From Cenococcum geophilum (lineage: Eukaryota), in NCBI GenBank assembly GCA_050273025.1, contig CP158635.1, forward strand, positions 17,422,001 through 17,486,000: a stretch of 64,000 bases of DNA. Direction: 5' to 3'. Position numbers and translations under genes: made by a program. Below are positions 1 through 12,110 of this stretch, in pieces; within the stretch, counting starts at the first letter, position 1, and the number at the start of each line of letters is the position of its first letter. The notes beneath the pieces were generated by a model, which was given only the letters and a program-made list of their open reading frames with translations, had not been told where the DNA came from and searched no databases.

Positions 1-2710
1 GAGCTCGCAAAAGCTAAGATCGAGCTTCGCTTTACTGGAGGGTGGGTCCGGGACAAGCTGCTCGGCGTGGGCAGCCACGATATTGATGTTGCTATCAACA
101 AGATGACTGGCTTCCAATTCGGGCTAAAAATGAGAGAATACCTCGAGATCCCTGGAAATCCAGAGAAATACGGAATAGCCCCAGCCTCATCCAGTACTAA
201 AGCCAACGCGAATGGAAAGGGTAGAGACATCGGGCACGGTCTGTATAAGATTGAGGCAAACCCGGAGAAGTCAAAACACCTTGAAACAGTCACGACCAAA
301 ATTCTAGGCTTAGATATCGACCTTGTGAACCTTCGCAAAGAAACGTATACTGAAGACAGCCGTAACCCTCAGATGGAATTTGGAACGCCGGAGGAGGACG
401 CAATGAGGCGCGATGCCACTGTTAATGCCATGTTCTATAACCTTGAAACATGTGCTATCGAAGATTTCACGGGTCGTGGCTTCCAAGACATGCAACTAAA
501 GATTATTCGAACCCCTTTGGAACCATATCAAACATTCAAAGACGATCCTCTAAGAGTTTTGAGATTGATCCGATTTGCAAGTAGGCTGAACTACAGCATC
601 GACCCTGATACGGAGAATGCGATGGAAAACGAAGACATAAAAAGCGCCTTAAAATTAAAGATTAGTCGTGAGAGAGTTGGTATCGAGATAGAGAAGATGC
701 TCAAGGGACCAGACCCACACAGGGCTCTAGCGCTCATCGATCGGCTTGGTCTCTACGACACTATCTTCACAGACCCAACAAAAGAGATATCGTACAAGCC
801 CGATATTTCCTACATAAAACCCGCATATGACTGCGTTTTCGAGCTTTCGCGGTCTACCAGCGATCAAGAAACTCTCTCTGTAATATCATCAACCCTTCTC
901 AGAAACTTTGACGAGAAATATCTAGCCTGGATTGCCGCCGCATTGGTTCCATGGGCCGACGCTCCATTACCCAATCCTCCTAAAAAAGGCGGCAAAACAA
1001 CTTACACTGCCCAACTAGTCGCTCGCGAGGGTATCAAGGCCCCCAATAAGATCTCTGAAGTGATTACATCTTCAGTGGAACATTCCGAAAATATTCGAGC
1101 TTTGAAGGACCGATGCGTGACTCAGCTGAAATATCCACATCGACGACAGGAAGGTGAGGATGCCACAGCAAGAGACACACTAGGGATGGCAATCCGGCGC
1201 TGGGGTCAAACGTGGAGGAGCCAAGTTCTATTCTCCTTGTTATACGAGGTCTCGATTGGATCAATTCCAAAAGACAGTGAGTATTTGACCTTAAATGTAT
1301 TTCATTCGTTTCTAACCTCATCACGTAGCGGTTATTTCGTCTTATGCCACCTTCCTCTCTCAATTGGTCAAGCTTGACGTTCTCGAGGCGTACAAATATA
1401 AACCCTTAGTCACAGGCACAGAGTTAGCAAGCGCTCTCTCAACACCCCCAGGACCATGGATGAAAGATGCGCTGGAAGTGGTAATGGCCTGGCAACTCCG
1501 GTACCCCGAGGTTAAAGACCGAGCCGCTGCAATCGAAGCAGTGAAAGCACACAACGAGGCTAAACTCCAAGACGAGACTAAACGCGAGGAAAAGAATAGT
1601 GAGCTCCCTGCCCGTCTCGCCACTCATTTCTTGCAGCTTACCATCCGCCCTCTGTTCACCTCCTCACAGAAACAGTCTCATCCAAATCTCACGGCGGCGG
1701 GTCGTAAAGCCACACAACCCAAACCCCACAAAACGCTCAATTTCGATGAGTCCGTCAAAGAGCTTTGGAAGGATCCACACTATGGATGGGCCTTAGACCT
1801 CCTTCGTTGGGTACTTTGTACGCTAGACTCCAAAGGTGTTGAAACGAATTGGGGTCTCATAGTTCCGCCCATTCTAAGAATGCTTGATGACATAGAAACG
1901 GCGTGGAAAGCAGCGGGATGCGAATTACTGACAATGCTATTGAATATCACTCCACCTGCACTACTAGCAAAAACTGGGCTTGGAAATGTATTCGAGGAAG
2001 CACTCATGCCATGTTTAACCTATCTACCATCCTTAACCCCAGAAAACGAGTCCGTCATGCTACTAGACAAAACTTATCCGGCTTTACTGGCACTAGCGAA
2101 CGTTATGTTCCCTTCCCCCTCCGCTTCCACCACAATATCCACTCCCTCCCGATTCCCCACCACCAAGAAGGCAGAAGAGAACCCCCGAACGTACGAGAAA
2201 TTCCTCGACACGCTCCTACGCCAAGGCATCCTCGCCGGCTTTGCGCACGCAGGCGAGCACGTCCGCATCGCTGAGGTGCTGCTCAAGCACCTCATCCCGC
2301 TGCTCGAGGCCATGCAGATCAGCTCCGTCAAGCACCTCAAGCACGTCCTTCCCCTGCTCTCGAACGTGCTCGCCGAGCCGCTCGGCCCTGCCTATCCGCC
2401 GCTGCTGCGCGCGGCTGCGAAGGCGGTCCGGGTGGTGCAGCTGAATGCGTGGCCAAGGATCGCGGCGCATAGAGGAGAGGTGCTGCGGGGGGTTACGGTT
2501 TGTTGGATTAGGGTTTGTGAGCAGGGTCAGCGGGGAGGGCAGGAGGCGGCGGAGTTGGAGGCGGTGAAGCAGGAGCTCAGGACGTGCGTTGAGATGCTGG
2601 CGGCGGTGCTGAAGGAGGATCAGGATGTGGATCTGCAAAAGGAAGCTGCGATGTTGGTCGAGGCTGATGAGCGTCTGAGCGGGCTGCTTGAGGGATCGCC
2701 ATTGTTGTGA
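1..2710 (+). CDS. CCA1: CCA-adding tRNA nucleotidyltransferase (5' end outside window) fused in frame to a C-terminal Tti2-like domain; exons <1-1276 and 1329-2710
   Basis: Frame open from base 1: LRFTGGWVRDKLLGVGSHDIDVA, DLVNLRKETY, EDAMRRDATVNA, DDPLRVLRLIRFASR, SRERVGIE (class II nucleotidyltransferase motifs). A 52-nt intron at 1277-1328 (GTGAGT, CTAAC, TAG) joins to the 1364-2710 frame, giving the CCA tail (KPLVTGTEL..PGPWMKDALEVVMAWQL) and then Tti2-like WGLIVPPILRMLDD..TGLGNVFEEALMPCLTYLPSLTP..YPALLAL and NAWPRIAAHRGEVLRG. Confidence 0.9.
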
Positions 2711-3070
2711 ACGGTAGCTGAGAAATTGATGTATTTCGTGGAGACGGGTCATTATGAGATCGGGCACTTTGGGTGATGGACGACGGACGCATTTTGCACT
2801 TGCATTGGTGTCTCGGCTCAATCATAAAATTATAGAGCGTATTTACAGATCACTTTAAAAGTTCTTTGGAGTGACACCTCACTAATAACACTACCTTCAT
2901 TCATTCGTTTACACGCAAAGGTGTCAATCTGCCTAAAACTACCGTTATTCTCTAAACTAACTGAGAATCTTGCAAGCATTTTATACAACTTCCATTCTCG
3001 TTTTCCAGACCTCAGCTATTTCAAGATTTGAAACGCCCTCGAAGAGATACTCAAAGGGGGCCAGTACTGC

Positions 3071-5648
3071 CTAGTCCTCCAGCTCACCCAGCTTGCCCAT
3101 CAACAAAGCATCCACTTTCTCGCCCTTCTTCATGGAACCCTTCCCGGCCGGCATGCACAAAAGCGCATTCGCGCCCTTGAAACTCCCGATCCTCGAGCTG
3201 CGCTGTCCACCAGTGCTGCTAGCATACAGTAACCCGTCCTTCTTCGTAATAACCAAAGAGCGGTGATATTCCGGTCGTTGTGGATCCAATCGAATCTCGT
3301 CATCCAGCGTAACCTTGACTTGCGGTAAGCCAGCCGGCGTGATACCAGAGGCCTGATGCAGTGATGGGAGCACAAAAAGATGGAACGTCACAACAGCGGA
3401 AGCAGGGTTGCCAGGCAAAGAGAAGATTGCCTTTGTGACGTGCTCGCCCGCGCCGTCCTTCACGGGCACGGTGGCGAAGGTGGTGGGTTTGCCAGGCTTC
3501 ATGTTCACGCGGCCGAAGTGGATTGCACCACCGAGCGAGCGCTCGATGGTCGGTTTAAGCAGGTCCAGCTCGCCCATCGACACGCCGCCGCTGGTGATCA
3601 CGACGTCGACTTTGCGGAATGCATCGCGGAGTGTTTCTTCTAGAGCTCCGGGCCTGGGATTGGTTAGTTGTGATTAATAAGAGACGGGGAAGGGCTGGCT
3701 ACTTGTCTGATACGATACCGAGATCGACCGCTTGGAACCTGTGGCTCCGGACGGCTGTGATTAGTGTCGGTCTATTGGTATCTCGAACTTCTCCCAGTTT
3801 CAAGGGCCCGGGCCTGTCATGCGGAATAATTTCGTCGCCAGTGCTAAGCACGCCAACAACAGGTCTCCGGTAAGTCGCCAGTTCTGTGGTACCCACAGAA
3901 GCTAGGAGGCCGAATTCTCCTCCGATCACTGTAATCCCTTCTCCTTTCTTCATGATGAGATCACCGGCCTGGACATCACTGCCAATCTCTCTAACATTCT
4001 CGCCGCGCTTGATTTGGTCGGTGAGGATTTCTACCTCTTTCTCCTCCTTGTCATCATCGGTCTTAGTCTTGAGAACTGTGTCTTCTACCATAACCACTGC
4101 ATCTGCACCTGGAGGTAGTGGGGCTCCTGTCGTTATACGGGCTATCTGGCCTTCTTCTAGAGGCGCTATTTCTCCAGCTTGAGCGTGAGATACGAGAGCC
4201 ACTGGGTAAACGCCTTTTGGGAAACAGCCTGATTCTGGGAATTTCACCTGCCAGTCCGTAAGCTTTAATACAAACTTACTGTCACTGAGGTAACAGCTGG
4301 TAAGCCGTTTAGAAGTGAAAAATGAGAGCTTAGAGAAACACAGCAGTGGCATTGCGTAGGGGAAGCTTTTCGTTGGTACAACGTGACATGGTAGTGGAGA
4401 TATCCAAAATGCCTTGACAAAGACTTACCGCATAGCCATCAACGATGCTTGCACGAAAAGCTGGTACAGACTCCGCAGCTTTTACATCTTCCGCTAGCAC
4501 AGATCCACCCAGAGCCATGTCGACGGGTACTCTTTGGATATTTGGCTTAGGTGTATGCTCCGAGATGAGCTTCAATGCATCACTCACGGACAGCATGGGA
4601 TACGGAGACGACCGGTATCTGCGTGAAGGGCCCGCACTCGGGTCATTCGATTGCGGGCGAGATTCAGGATCTGTATGGGCCCTAGGACCTCCATGTCCAT
4701 GCCCATGACCGTGTCCATGGCTGTGACCATGGTGGTGGTGTGCTCCTGAAAATTGTATCAGTCTTTAACGAAATTCGCTATCATTTTAGACAATGCAAGA
4801 ACACTATCATCCTAAAATGGCTTAAATAAGCTCTTTTGAATGATAATTCCAAGAGATGGTTGGAGAAGAGAAATTTAACAGAATAGAAGTACCTTCTGAT
4901 TTTGATGATATCACAGACGCTGCACCGGATTGGACACCAGCATCTGCTTCCAGCTTCTTGACTCCTCCAACATGAATGGCACGCGAATCAGCACCAGCTG
5001 CTTGTATGCAAGCGTGTGGCAATAATTTGAGGACTGCCTCTAAATTCTCTTTGGCACCTTTGGGGGATCCGGGCAGCGTTAGTATTAGAGTCTTCTTCCG
5101 TACACCAGCAACAGGCCTCGACATAAGGGCAACTAGAAGCCATCAGCACGTCCACAGACCGAAGGGAAGGTAAAGAAACCATACATGGAGTAACTGATAA
5201 CGAGGCAGCTAGCATTCCATGACTGAGCAAGTATTAGGCTAATGAAGAGCTTAAAGTTGATTTAATCACAATACTCACACTAGCCCTGGTGCATGTCTGT
5301 GTATAAGGGGCAACACAGCCTTTTTGCTCTGCTGTTAGTCATATTTGATTTGAATGTAAGCAGATACAGCAGTTTTACCTCTGGGGTGCTATCTTTGACA
5401 GCGAACCCAGTGCCACCACTGCTAATGATTAGATTGACAGCATCCTCGCTATCCGTCCACCGCGTTACGAATCTCTGAATTTCAAGAACGTCGTCTGGAA
5501 TTATCTGCGTAACTGATACCTCCCATTGGTCATTCCCTACAGTTTCGAAGACATCTTGGAGAATTGCCGTGCATTTATCCGAAGAGGGATCTTGCGATGC
5601 AGTCTCCGAGACAATCAGTATGGCGGCTCTGAGCTTGCTGGTGTTCAT
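3071..5648 (-). CDS. cnxE: Gephyrin-like molybdenum cofactor biosynthesis protein (MogA/G domain + MoeA/E domain), multi-exon
   Basis: G domain: AAILIVSE, SSGGTGFAVKDSTPE, TLPGSPKGAKENL. His/Gly-rich linker at ~4690-4745. E domain: PAFRASIVDGYA, RITTGAPLPPGADAVVMVE, GVLSTGDE, TSGGVSMGE, MKPGKP, LPGNPASA, GGQRSSR. ATG at 5648, stop at 3071. Introns include 5378-5320 and 5278-5223; others not mapped to the base. Confidence 0.95.
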
Positions 5649-6072
5649 GTTCGAGGGTGGGGGAAGAAATGGTGAGAGATGACCCGAGATGGCCGAAATC
5701 GCGCAACGGCTATCCACACGCTTTTTTATGTGGTGTTCGAAGCCAATATACAATCGTCATATTTTCGCGCAGTCAGTTAAGCCCAGTAATCTTTGAATCA
5801 CAATATCACTTAGGGTATAAATATCAGCCGCGATAGAATAACGGTTGTATTTCGGATCTCTGGTCATGATACATGGATGCTACAAGAAACTATTTACAGA
5901 CTGAACCTATGCTTCTTCAGAGTACCAGCATATATTGTGCCTCGCCCTAAATCTGACTGCTTTACGCAGACGAAGTCTACCTGGAACCTTCATCCCCAGG
6001 CGACCAATGCTGAACCAGGTTTAACATTCTCTGGCGTGCTCTATCCTGCACTTCGTACAAATCCAGGCCTCT

Positions 6073-6892
6073 TCAATCAAATTCTGGAGCATTCCCCGAT
6101 ACCAGTAGCCCAATAATAAGTCCAAACAGTCCGAGGACAGAGCTAAAAATCTCAATAACCAAGATTTTGACGAATCTGATAACACTGATGTTAGTCCCAT
6201 CCACCATATTTCACCATAGGATCAGATGTGCCTTACAAGGTTGGGTCTGAAGCATCAGCCAATGCTGCACTGCTGCCGTTGATTCCAACCGAGACACCAC
6301 ACACTAGATTGCACATTCCCACAGTTATACCCGCCCAGAACAACGCATAGCCAGTGTAGAAGTTGCTGCCTGAATAAATGTTTTCCGGGGGAACGACCTT
6401 AAGCTTGGAGGAGAAAACAATCGCCATGATGACACCGTAGATGGCGACGACTTCGCAGAAGATGATGGATATCAGATTCTTCGTCCTTATCCGAGGAGCT
6501 TTAACACCTCCACCGAGAATGGAGACTCCGGTCGTGAATATTCCCCTTCAACAGCTTCCGTTAGTAACAGAACAATGTTTGAAGGTCAATGCAGATGTGC
6601 ATACCATGCTGCTCCGACTACAGATAACCCGATACATAGCCCAATGCCCATGTCCGCCCACGCGTAAGGTGAAACACTCTCAAGGAATTGGCCAACCTGA
6701 GAGAGACACTGTCAGTCACAATCCAGAAGGATTCGTTGGGTAGTACACACATTGAAGGCTTCACCCTCGCCATTAAAAAGCATATCTAGCTCTCAATCAG
6801 TGGTTGCCTATCGTCGTGAACCCTTTTAACTCACAAAGCCCTATAACGCCCAAGGCCAGTGTCGAACCGCCCACGCCATATTGGAGAACCAT
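6073..6892 (-). CDS. VMA16: V-type ATPase proteolipid subunit c'' (21 kDa), multi-exon
   Basis: Spliced reading gives [132 protein letters not shown]. The extra N-terminal helix and the CEVVAIYG glutamate mark subunit c''. Confidence 0.93.
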
Positions 6893-7080
6893 CTTGGATA
6901 GGTATTCTCAAGGAAGATCGAAATGTGAGGAGTTTGACTGGGCTGGAGCTCCCTTGGTGATAGAAGTTGATGGTGCGGATCGCGCCGCTGCTAGATCACC
7001 CATTAGTCATCCGGGGTCCTCAACATATCCGCTGCGCCTCTGACTCTCTCCTCTACAACTCACTCATCGCAGCAACTACG
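6893..7080. promoter_or_regulatory. Probable bidirectional promoter between VMA16 and TOA2
   Basis: Only 188 bp separate two divergent start codons (6892 minus, 7081 plus). Pyrimidine-rich tract before the TOA2 ATG. Confidence 0.6.
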
Positions 7081-7546
7081 ATGGCGGATTCGAAGTATTA
7101 TGAGCTCTACCGGCGTAGCAGGTACTGCCTCTTGATTGACAGCTTTGCTGTGCACTTAGATAACCCATATTAACATTCCGTAGCCTGGGAGGCTCTCTCA
7201 CAGATACACTGGACGACCTCATCAGTGAGCGGCGAATCGAGCCACAGCTCGCCATGAAGATCCTCACAAACTTCGACAAGGCAGTTGCTGATGTTCTGGC
7301 CGACAAGGTCAAGTCGCGCCTGACTTTCAAGGTATATCCGGACAGATACGTGCAAGCGGTCTGTTCGGCTCATTGACTTACGTGCTTCTCTAGGGTCATC
7401 TTGATACATATCGATTCTGCGACGATGTCTGGACGTTTATTATCAAGGACATCAACTTCAAGCTAGAAAACGGCAACCCGAACCCGATCCAAGCAGACAG
7501 AGTCAAGATCGTCAGCTGCAACACCAAGCGTCCTGGTGAGGCTTAG
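7081..7546 (+). CDS. TOA2: Transcription initiation factor IIA gamma (small) subunit; exons 7081-7121, 7184-7331, 7394-7546
   Basis: Spliced: [95 protein letters not shown]. Canonical GT-AG introns. Confidence 0.95.
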
Positions 7547-9291
7547 AGGCTTAGTCTTCAAGGCCTTTATTCGGAGATGTGTTGCTAAATATCAGTACTT
7601 TTAGAGGACGGTGATGAGGCGGCTTAGCGGTGCAAACGGTGGTCCGGACTTTCAACCGCATGAGGAGGGAACGAAAAACTGAAACATGCAACTGAATTTG
7701 AGGATCTGCGAAATACCACGCGACCAGGGTAAATTTCTGGGCTTTTTCTGTTCTGCTGGTATCAACGGTGTCATGGGGCGTTTCAGACAAAGTTAAACAG
7801 TATGGGGATGGAGTTCACAGGAATGGGTCAGCGGTCTTTGTGGCCCTGATGTACTTCAATCAGCATTGTCCTACAGGTCTAGCGAGTTATCTAATCATCA
7901 ATTCATCCGATGCTATGTCCAGTATTCTCTGAGTTTGAAGAGTGAATTTACCATGCCGTAAAAGACGGACTTATGAACTATGCTCCCCTCTGTCTTTTAA
8001 TGATAAGACTTCCTCTCCTAGCGAATTAATCACCACAATTTTGGGGGGCGATAGGTTTTAGAAATTGTTGTCCACGATTGCCATATGATCATCGATTAGT
8101 CTGTCAAGCTGCACGTCTCGCTTCGCACTTCCCCTGCCAGTAAAATCTTGCCAGGCACGCTTTGATGACTCGAATAGGATAGTCAGTGAACAGGTTGTCT
8201 CCCACCCTTGCCGTCCCACCTTTGTTTATAATAGAAACCGGCCTAGGAGGAGTTCCTTCCCAGTTCTCGCCCCCGGAAGGTAATAGTGCGGGGGTCGAGA
8301 TGCAGGAAGACAATCTGTTGCTACATGTTACACATATGCATGTGGGCACGGGCATGGGCACGTGCACGGGCGTGATATCGGTGAACTGGAAATCTAAGCA
8401 ATCAAAGAATACGCATCCGAATCCCTCATTAAAAGGCTGGACGACAGTTCTCGTAGGCATATGTTGTGGAAGAAGGTGAACGCTGAATGAGGGCGCACCG
8501 CAGTGTCCTCGACCTGCTGTTTGACAAGCCGGAATGACTCAACGTGTCAGTTGCCAAGTTCCCTCGAATCACACGTCTTAGGCTTTGATGTCTTCTAGAG
8601 TCGTGTCAGCCTCTGTTTAAGGCCGCAGCTACAGTTGTCCCGTCCGTTAATGGTGGGTTCACCTCTGTCTCTGACGCATATGTTTCATTGGTGGTAACGA
8701 TGGGAGGCCTTTCATGGAACTACTACCCTGCCTGCGCTCTCGCCGCGCTCTCCCACATGAACTCATACTGGTCTTTTACGGTTTTCTCTAGGCAGCACAA
8801 CCAGGCCTGACGCACGCTGGGATGATTTGGCTTACCTGCGCCAATCTGCTATGTCCACGCTTCGAGATATTTTTGACATGTGTTTCTGGTGCTCTTCAAC
8901 CCTAGAATTATGGTCTTCACAGGAATGTTGTGTAAGGGTAAATCGCCGAATCTGTCCACATACATTGCTACGGCAGCTAGGCTCCGACAGAGAACAACAC
9001 TACAGGTAGATATGTCTTGCAAGCGCGGAACAACGGACATATGATTGAGACCAAAGAAAGCCTGATCAACCGTTATAGGCTGTAAGGAAGGATTGGACGA
9101 TCATGATGTTACTGACCCGCGAAGCAAGTCGAGGATTTACATTCATCGGGGTCCCCCATGAAGAACTTGCCCAAACACTCTCCACTCTCCTAAATTCCTC
9201 ATAGAGGAATACCTAATCTCACGAAAAGTTCTGTTCTGAATTATTTTTTGTAACTAAACCTGTGATATCAATACTTCACATTCAGTACATC

Positions 9292-11040
9292 ATGTCATCA
9301 ATACAACACTCCCCTTCAGGCCCTACCCCCGCTAGGAGCCCCACTCCGCCACCATCTCCTACTGGGACAGTCCATTCTTTCCCGGCAATGGAGAACCTTG
9401 TCATGGCCCTCAGGGCTATAACATCGAGTGATGGTTTCAAGGAAATTGCGTGCGTGTATGATTCTACCACGAGTTTGAACAGGCAGCTCGAAGACGAACG
9501 TGCAGAAGTGGAAAACCTGCGCGCTGAAATGAAAAAAATGCAAGATCATCACGACATCATTCACCAAGGGAGCCTGGAAAATTATCGAAAGTCTCATAAG
9601 AAGCTAGAAGACGAGAAAGCTTCTCTGTGGGCAAATTCGTATACCTTGAAGGCAGCCGTAAAGGAAAAAGAGGATGCTGCTGCAAAGTGTAAAGAAAAGA
9701 GTGATGCTTTGCAGAAGGAGGCTGATGAACTGAAGGCGTCGCTAGAGGAGGAGAAGAAAAAGGCCACTGCAGCTCAGGATGAAGTAGCAGAACTGAAGAA
9801 GAGCGTGGAAGGAAAGGATAATGAGATCGGGAAACTGAAGGAAAGTTTGGATAGTGAACAGAAACAAGTTTTAAGCTTGAAAGATGAATTGAACGCGTCT
9901 CAAAAAGATAATACTTCGCTACGCGGACAGTTGGAAGGAGCTACAAAGAAGATAACAGATCTGGAATCATTCGCCTCCCAACTTTGTGTGGAAGACGAAG
10001 ATAAAATGTAAGTTGTGCTCAAGACCAGGGAGTTGGGTTTATTGGTGCTAACATCAACCCCAGGATTGAGAAACTGGGTGACTTATGGAAATCTGCGTAT
10101 AAGCTAATGGAAGCAACATTTAAAGAAGACCTCCCGGACCAGATTCTTGGGGTATGTATAATCTTACGATTGAGGGAGATGCCCAACTAACAACCACCCT
10201 TAGAACCAAGTCGCCTGGAAACGGCTCAAGGAACTTGAACTTGGACCCCAACACGGCCAACATCAAGTCCCTCTTCCGCAATCAAACTCTCAGGCCGCTA
10301 AACAGATGCGCATTGCCATCATGCTCGCAATTCTCGCAAGGGCGATCGACAAGGACATCTTTCAGCCTACCTACATTCTCGATGGGGAGAGTGGGATCCG
10401 GGAACTTTTGCTTCACCAAGCGATTGCCGATAGCGGAAAGGAAGCGTATTGCCGGTCCATCCTGCTGTCAATGTTCCCAGAGGAGCAGGCAAAGGTTTCT
10501 GAGGAGAGAGTGAAAGAAGTTATCGGTGACGTGGGATGGTACGCCCAGGATTTGCTCTCTGTGGCCCAGTTCGAGACCTTCAAAGCTGGCTTAGAGCAGG
10601 TTGTTCAGAATGCATCCGATCTTTGGAAGACTGTTCAACGTGCCAAGCAGAGATACGAGCCTAACTTCGCGCTCGAGGATTATGAGGACTTCGACTGGGA
10701 AGTAATTGGCTTTGAAGAAGGAACTGCTGCCGACGGAGAGGAAGGCCCGGCCAAGGTTACTGGGGCGGGGAATGACGAAGATTTGCTTGTGATCTTCCCC
10801 CGCGTCTATGCTGTTGACGATAGTGATCCTGACCCGATCACTCACGGAGTTGTGCTCAAGAGATCCCAATCGGCCGAGGCAACTCAAGAGCTGGAGAGGA
10901 CGAGGACAGCCAATCCAACTCTTGGAAGGACAGCGACGAGCCGCGCCAGGCAACTAAGGCCGCGGTCTATGTCATTTCCTATAAACGAAAATCGTTTTTT
11001 ACCGCCGGGCGCCCTGCCAAGTGCATCTGGAAGTGGTTGA
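9292..11040 (+). CDS. Uncharacterised coiled-coil protein, paralogue A; exons 9292-10007, 10064-10151, 10204-11040
   Basis: Pro-rich N-terminus, long E/K heptad region, then PLPQSNSQAAKQMRIAIMLAILARAIDKDIFQP..EAYCRSILLS..LVIFPRVY. Introns 10008-10063 and 10152-10203 have GT/CTAAC/AG signals and keep the frame. Confidence 0.85.
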
Positions 11041-11820
11041 AGAAGGTAGCTGAGAAGAAGCCGCGTTAGATGTTTGACTAGTTGTATAGTCGTTTACATC
11101 AAAGAAGCCGAACTAGCCGCCTTACGCTGAAGGATCGTAACAGTCGAAGCTAGGGAAATACCGATCGCTCAGGTGATTCGGTTTATGGGGATTGAGTACA
11201 CGCTGTTAGGGATGAACCATCTCTGGCGTCCGTCTGTATCAAGTCTGCGGGTCTCTTTGGTTCCTGTTCTCAGTCACATTAGTATCTCTTATAATTCTGT
11301 ATCTGTGTGCAATATGTAGCAATGTCGTCCCTTTCCTCACAATAATAGATTTGTTTTGTGATAGTACATGAATTCGTTCTTAATCCCGAAAAGGACGACA
11401 TAAGTTTCGCCATCACGCTTGTAAGTTTTCCAGTGGAACAAAGCATGGCCCTCGGGTATGTCTCATTGCTTGTTTGATCTCCCGCTATGCTTCTTCAAGG
11501 CAGCTCATGAAGTGTGGAGTTGCTGCCAAAAAGAGCAGCTATACTTCGCGACCATAGTAGTGTTCACACGAAGTCGCAAATTAGGCTCTTATTAGCAAAG
11601 CGAATATGAGCTTTTATAAAGTGACTATGGGCTCTTTTAATAAAATTATACTGACCTGGATGGGAATTTGGCTGGGTGTGGGTACTCGAACAACAGCCAG
11701 ACTTGCTAACAATCAATCGATCAATCTAACGACCCTTCCGCTTAATTAATTGCCCATTTTGGTGGCCTCTTAATTAATTAATTAATTGTTCGCCTAAATC
11801 TAAGCTAATTAATTAGAAAG

Positions 11821-12110
11821 GGCTCCATGAAACCGGCCTCTGCACCTCCACGCGGTGGAGCCCGGGAACCTAGCAGCTACTATTGATGTTCCATCAGGAT
11901 CGTGCCATAGACTGTTAGAGCAAACGCAGAGACGTACGTACGGCAGCGCGTCGCAGGCGCTGTGACGTGGTGACGGGAAAAATTTTCTTGCTGCGAGGGT
12001 GAGCCCTAGCAGAGACTTAAGAACACAGCTCCTACGTCTCGACGTACATATTCGAGCTATTAAACCACGGTAATCTACCTTTCGGCGACCCCCTTCCTTC
12101 TATACGGTAT
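11821..12110 (+). repeat. Unclassified ~0.5-kb repeat, copy 1, first fragment (continues at 14416-14610, 19848-19859 and 44488-~44530)
   Basis: Aligns by eye with 45472-45758 (ggctccatgaaa..ccacgcggtggagcccgggaacc..gagcaaacgcagagacg..ggtgacgggaaaaa..tatacggtat). Confidence 0.85.

Noticed and set aside
2216..2821. 201-aa antisense ORF over the Tti2 region, and similar antisense ORFs over cnxE and gene A
   Set aside because: Explained by GC-rich codon bias of the sense gene.
8104..9040. Short overlapping ORFs between TOA2 and paralogue A
   Set aside because: Present on both strands with no motifs or coherent splice structure; treated as intergenic or UTR.
11540..11600. Possible 5S rRNA fragment (cgaccatag)
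   Set aside because: Only a short motif resembles the 5S 5' end; the rest does not match.
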